Shown: one piece after another, positions 61,441 through 64,000 of the stretch
Numbering within the stretch: position 1 is the stretch's first letter
Layout: every line of letters begins with the position of its first letter
NCBI GenBank assembly: GCA_050246315.1
Contig: JBFWWG010000012.1
Location: forward strand, 1 to 64,000
Length of the DNA stretch: 64,000 nt
Reading direction: 5' to 3'
DNA from: Nitrospiraceae bacterium
GTDB taxonomy: Bacteria; Nitrospirota; Nitrospiria; Nitrospirales; Nitrospiraceae
Notes under the pieces: generated by a model
Seen by the model: the letters and a program-made list of their open reading frames with translations, nothing else
The model's database searches: none
Told to the model about the DNA's origin: nothing
Translations under genes and position numbers: made by a program

Positions 61441-61650
61441 ATGGCTTTCGATCCGGACAATCCGCCCATCTGGCTGCGCAAGCTCCACGTGACCGCGGTG
61501 CAGATCAACCCGACGGACTATCCGACATCGCCCATCGATGGCCTCCTGGCCGTCTGTCGTCTTTCCGATGCCCAGTACCATTGGATAAGGGCGATGCGCC
61601 GCGCCACCACCGAAGCCGATGGCGCCGCATCGCCCTCTTCTCACAGCTAG
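61441..61650 (+). CDS. Small hypothetical protein, probable partner of the downstream nucleotidyltransferase
   Basis: 69 aa; TACAAT -10 box 6 nt before the ATG (possibly leaderless); 8 nt gap to the next gene. Confidence 0.55.
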   Translation: MAFDPDNPPIWLRKLHVTAVQINPTDYPTSPIDGLLAVCRLSDAQYHWIRAMRRATTEADGAASPSSHS

Positions 61651-61658
61651 TTCGAACC

Positions 61659-62241
61659 ATGGCCCAACCCGATGCCGTTCATGACGACTACCGCGTCGTG
61701 GTCGAGATGGCGCATCGTGCACTGTCCTCCACGCAATCTCCCTACTGCGTCATCGGGGCCTTGGGCCTCGGCATGTGGGGGACTCCGCGCGCAACCTGCG
61801 ACGTCGATCTCCTCATTCTCGCTCAACGCACCGATCCTGAGCCGTTCCTTGGACTGCTGCTCAGCGCGGGGTTTTCGATCAACGAATCGTGGCACCACGC
61901 GAATCCGATGGCTCAGGAGGTCGTCCCGCGGCTCTCGCATCCCAGGGTCCCGCATTTTCCCGTGGACCTGGTGTTTTCGCGAGGGCCATTGGAGCGTGCC
62001 GTGCTCGATCGGCGCCAGCCCGTCGATCTTCATGGCTTGACGATTTTGGATGAGTTCACCTGAGGACCTCATCCTGATGAAACTACGCGCCGGTCGGCCA
62101 CGAGATTTTGACGACGTGATCGGTATCGTCAAAAACCCTCGGCTCCAGCTCGACCTCGACTACCTCTGGAGCTGGGCGGACCGCTTGGGCTTGCAGGGCG
62201 AACTGCATTATGTCCTGCAAGCGGCCGGCGCCAAGGCCTAG
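61659..62241 (+). pseudogene. Minimal nucleotidyltransferase (DUF6036/AbiEii-like) split by a frameshift
   Basis: Y.VIG......WG.PRAT.DVDLL...PVDLVF in one frame and SPEDLILMKL.AGRPRDFDDV in the next; one extra T in GATTTTGG at ~62042-62049. Confidence 0.8.
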
Positions 62242-62319
62242 CGCACCGGTTCCGACACGTTCCTCCCCGAACAACGTTTGCAGCGCGATGGCGTCCGCAC
62301 AAGCCGCGTTCGTCCCTCG

Positions 62320-62688
62320 TCACTTATTCCTCCAACTGTTTCCATCCAACGGCGCAAACGGCACATTGGGGTTGAATTGATTCGCCGGATTCAGCGGGTT
62401 ATCCGGACGAAACTGGTTGACGGGATTGAACGGATTGTTGGGATTGTATTGATTGATCGGGTTTGCGGGATTCCCCGGATCGTAGCGATTGACGGGATTG
62501 AAGGGGTTGCTGGGCGCGTACGCGTTCGCGGGATTGAGCGGATTGTCAGGCCGATACTGATTGGCGGGATTGAAGATATTGTAGTCTCGCTCGTACTTCT
62601 CGTCGAAGCCTTGGTCGGCTGCCCCTCCCGTGGTCCAAGTCGGCACCATAAGCACCATGATAGTTGCCGCTAACGCAAGCGCACGCAT
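62320..62688 (-). CDS. Secreted Asn/Pro 12-aa tandem-repeat protein
   Basis: AAGGAGG RBS, signal peptide, about six repeats of NP(A/V/I)Nx(Y/F)xPxNP(L/F/A). Confidence 0.85.
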   Translation of the reverse strand: MRALALAATIMVLMVPTWTTGGAADQGFDEKYERDYNIFNPANQYRPDNPLNPANAYAPSNPFNPVNRYDPGNPANPINQYNPNNPFNPVNQFRPDNPLNPANQFNPNVPFAPLDGNSWRNK

Positions 62689-62772
62689 GGACGCCTCCTT
62701 TCCCCCTCACCGTCGCCCCTCCCCTTGAGGAGAGGGCGGAACCCAGGATCGTGAGGAGGATACGAAATACGT

Positions 62773-62898
62773 GTGACATCCGAGGTCACAGGCCATGGAA
62801 AAAGACGGAAGCTCAGGCGACCTTGTGTTTCAGGACGTTGCGCGGCGACTGGCGCACGGAGGTGTTCACTGTCGTGACATCCGAGGTCACAAGGCCAT
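62773..62898. repeat. Direct repeat pair with internal palindrome
   Basis: GTGACATCCGAGGTCACA(A)GGCCAT at 62773-62796 and 62874-62898. Confidence 0.85.
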
Positions 62899-62921
62899 CC
62901 GACGATACGACGACGCGAGAG

Positions 62922-63254
62922 GAAAAAGCCATCCTCGATCTTCTGATCGATGCCGATGAGGCTGCGCTGGTCGGCCCGGTCCTCGTCGAATTCCTCCAGG
63001 GTTGCCGGACTGCTGCGGAACGAGAAACGCTCGCCGAGGCCCTTCTTGCCTTGCCCTATTTTGAGGTGACCCAATCCACCTGGCTTCGGATCGGCGACCT
63101 TTCCACAACCCTTCTTCGTCGAAGAGCGACGATCCCTCTATCAGACCTCACGATCGCATGCTTGGCGATCGAATGGGACTGTCGGGTCTATAGTCTCGAC
63201 GCTCACTTCAAGCGGATTCCCGGGGTACAGCTTTACACACCCGTATCGGCCTAG
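62922..63254 (+). pseudogene. vapC: VapC/PIN toxin lacking its N-terminus
   Basis: V..E.LQG...IPLSDLTIA.LA......YSLD.HF..IPG; the N-terminal xxDTSxW motif and an upstream vapB are absent. Confidence 0.75.
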
Positions 63255-63604
63255 CAGGATGTTGAAAAAGTCCGCCAGCTTTGTTGGGGCACCCAATGCT
63301 GAATTTTCATGCTGCAGTGGGTCTGACGCGAAGAGGCCAACCCTGTAGGATTTTCTCAAGCGGCGTCAATGGGGAAAGGCTACGCCTGGTGAGCCGCTGG
63401 TACACACGAAGTGTGGTATGTACCTCTTCGCCTCTTCACGTGCTGCGGCCGTGCCCGTGGAGAGGCGCGCTTCGGCGCGCCGGGGTTGGGCGGGTGAGAA
63501 AGCCGGCCTTTTTGACCATCCTGTACGTGGTTCTGAAATCATCCGTGATCCCTCGCTGTGCCGGCTCTCACGGGTACTCGAAGGGTTTTTCAACAGCCTG
63601 CTAG
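63251..63604. mobile_element. Composite MITE-like repeat at the right island border
   Basis: CTAGCAGGATGTTGAAAAAG...CCTTTTTGACCATCCT (inverted relative of 17120-17390), extended to ...TTTTTCAACAGCCTGCTAG. Confidence 0.75.
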
Positions 63605-63654
63605 AAGTCATTTCAACACCCTGCGTTCACCCGGTTCGATACACTCACCGCAGG

Positions 63655-63732
63655 CTTCGACCGGCTCAGAGCGAACGGATCTGTTCATGAACACAGGATA
63701 TTCCTCCGCTCGTGCTGAGCTTGTCGAAGCAC
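63655..63732. repeat. REP-like palindrome
   Basis: CTTCGACCGGCTCAGAGCGAACGG...CCGCTCGTGCTGAGCTTGTCGAAG; same family as the core of 46979-47117. Confidence 0.7.
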
Positions 63733-64000
63733 GGTCATGAGGTCTTGAAATGATTTCTGGCTCTTCCGGAAATCGGATGGGTTGCTGGTAAAACCCACAC
63801 CCTCGGCGCGGGTGAGACTGGAAGGGCGGCGCGGCCTCAGAGGCGCGGCGACCACCAGGACGACATGAGAAGAGGACGGCGACACCATCGCATCAGGGCA
63901 AGGCCCGCGCATCGGGGCAAGGCCCGGAGACGCCCGGCCTTCGGCAGCCGAGGCGATAAGGGCTATCCTCGCTCCCCACATGAAAGCCGGAAGAACCATG

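Noticed and set aside
62365..62575. 36-nt periodicity resembling a second CRISPR array
   Set aside because: Contiguous coding tandem repeat with no spacers and synonymous variation.
63685..63999. 104-aa minus-strand ORF at the window end
   Set aside because: No recognisable motif, runs into a REP element and cannot be judged at the edge.

Overview
High-GC bacterial chromosomal window. The gene content and the dispersed AGGATG...CATCCT / CTAGCAGG...CCTGCTAG repeat families suggest a Nitrospira-like organism, which is an inference. About 1-46.8 kb is mostly core genome: a signalling cluster (1210-aa REC-PAS-PilZ-hydrolase-methyltransferase fusion, NtrC-type regulator, REC-HD-GYP), recN, trxA, lptD, folC, accD, a NiCoT transporter, moaC/moaD-E/moaA, an orphan encapsulin-type ferritin, an nhaA pseudogene, an AsmA-like protein, a MinD/FlhG ATPase, a FolB-methyltransferase fusion, a PHP protein, a Ser/Thr kinase-PP2C-FHA module, yjbQ, nrdJ, hpnD/hpnE and an aminotransferase. 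About 47-63.3 kb is a MITE-bracketed defence island: a NERD protein, MazEF, a type I-G (I-U) CRISPR-Cas locus (23 repeats, 22 spacers; cas2, cas4-cas1, cas8g, cas3, csb2, csb1) and three broken toxin genes. The most notable observation is that the effector module appears to have been swapped in place. The first 53 codons of a different cas3 lie just upstream of csb1, and the last 27 codons of a different csb2 lie just downstream of cas8g; the ORF track calls neither. A pair of degenerate CRISPR-like repeats with the array's 72-nt period also sits upstream of the cas operon.
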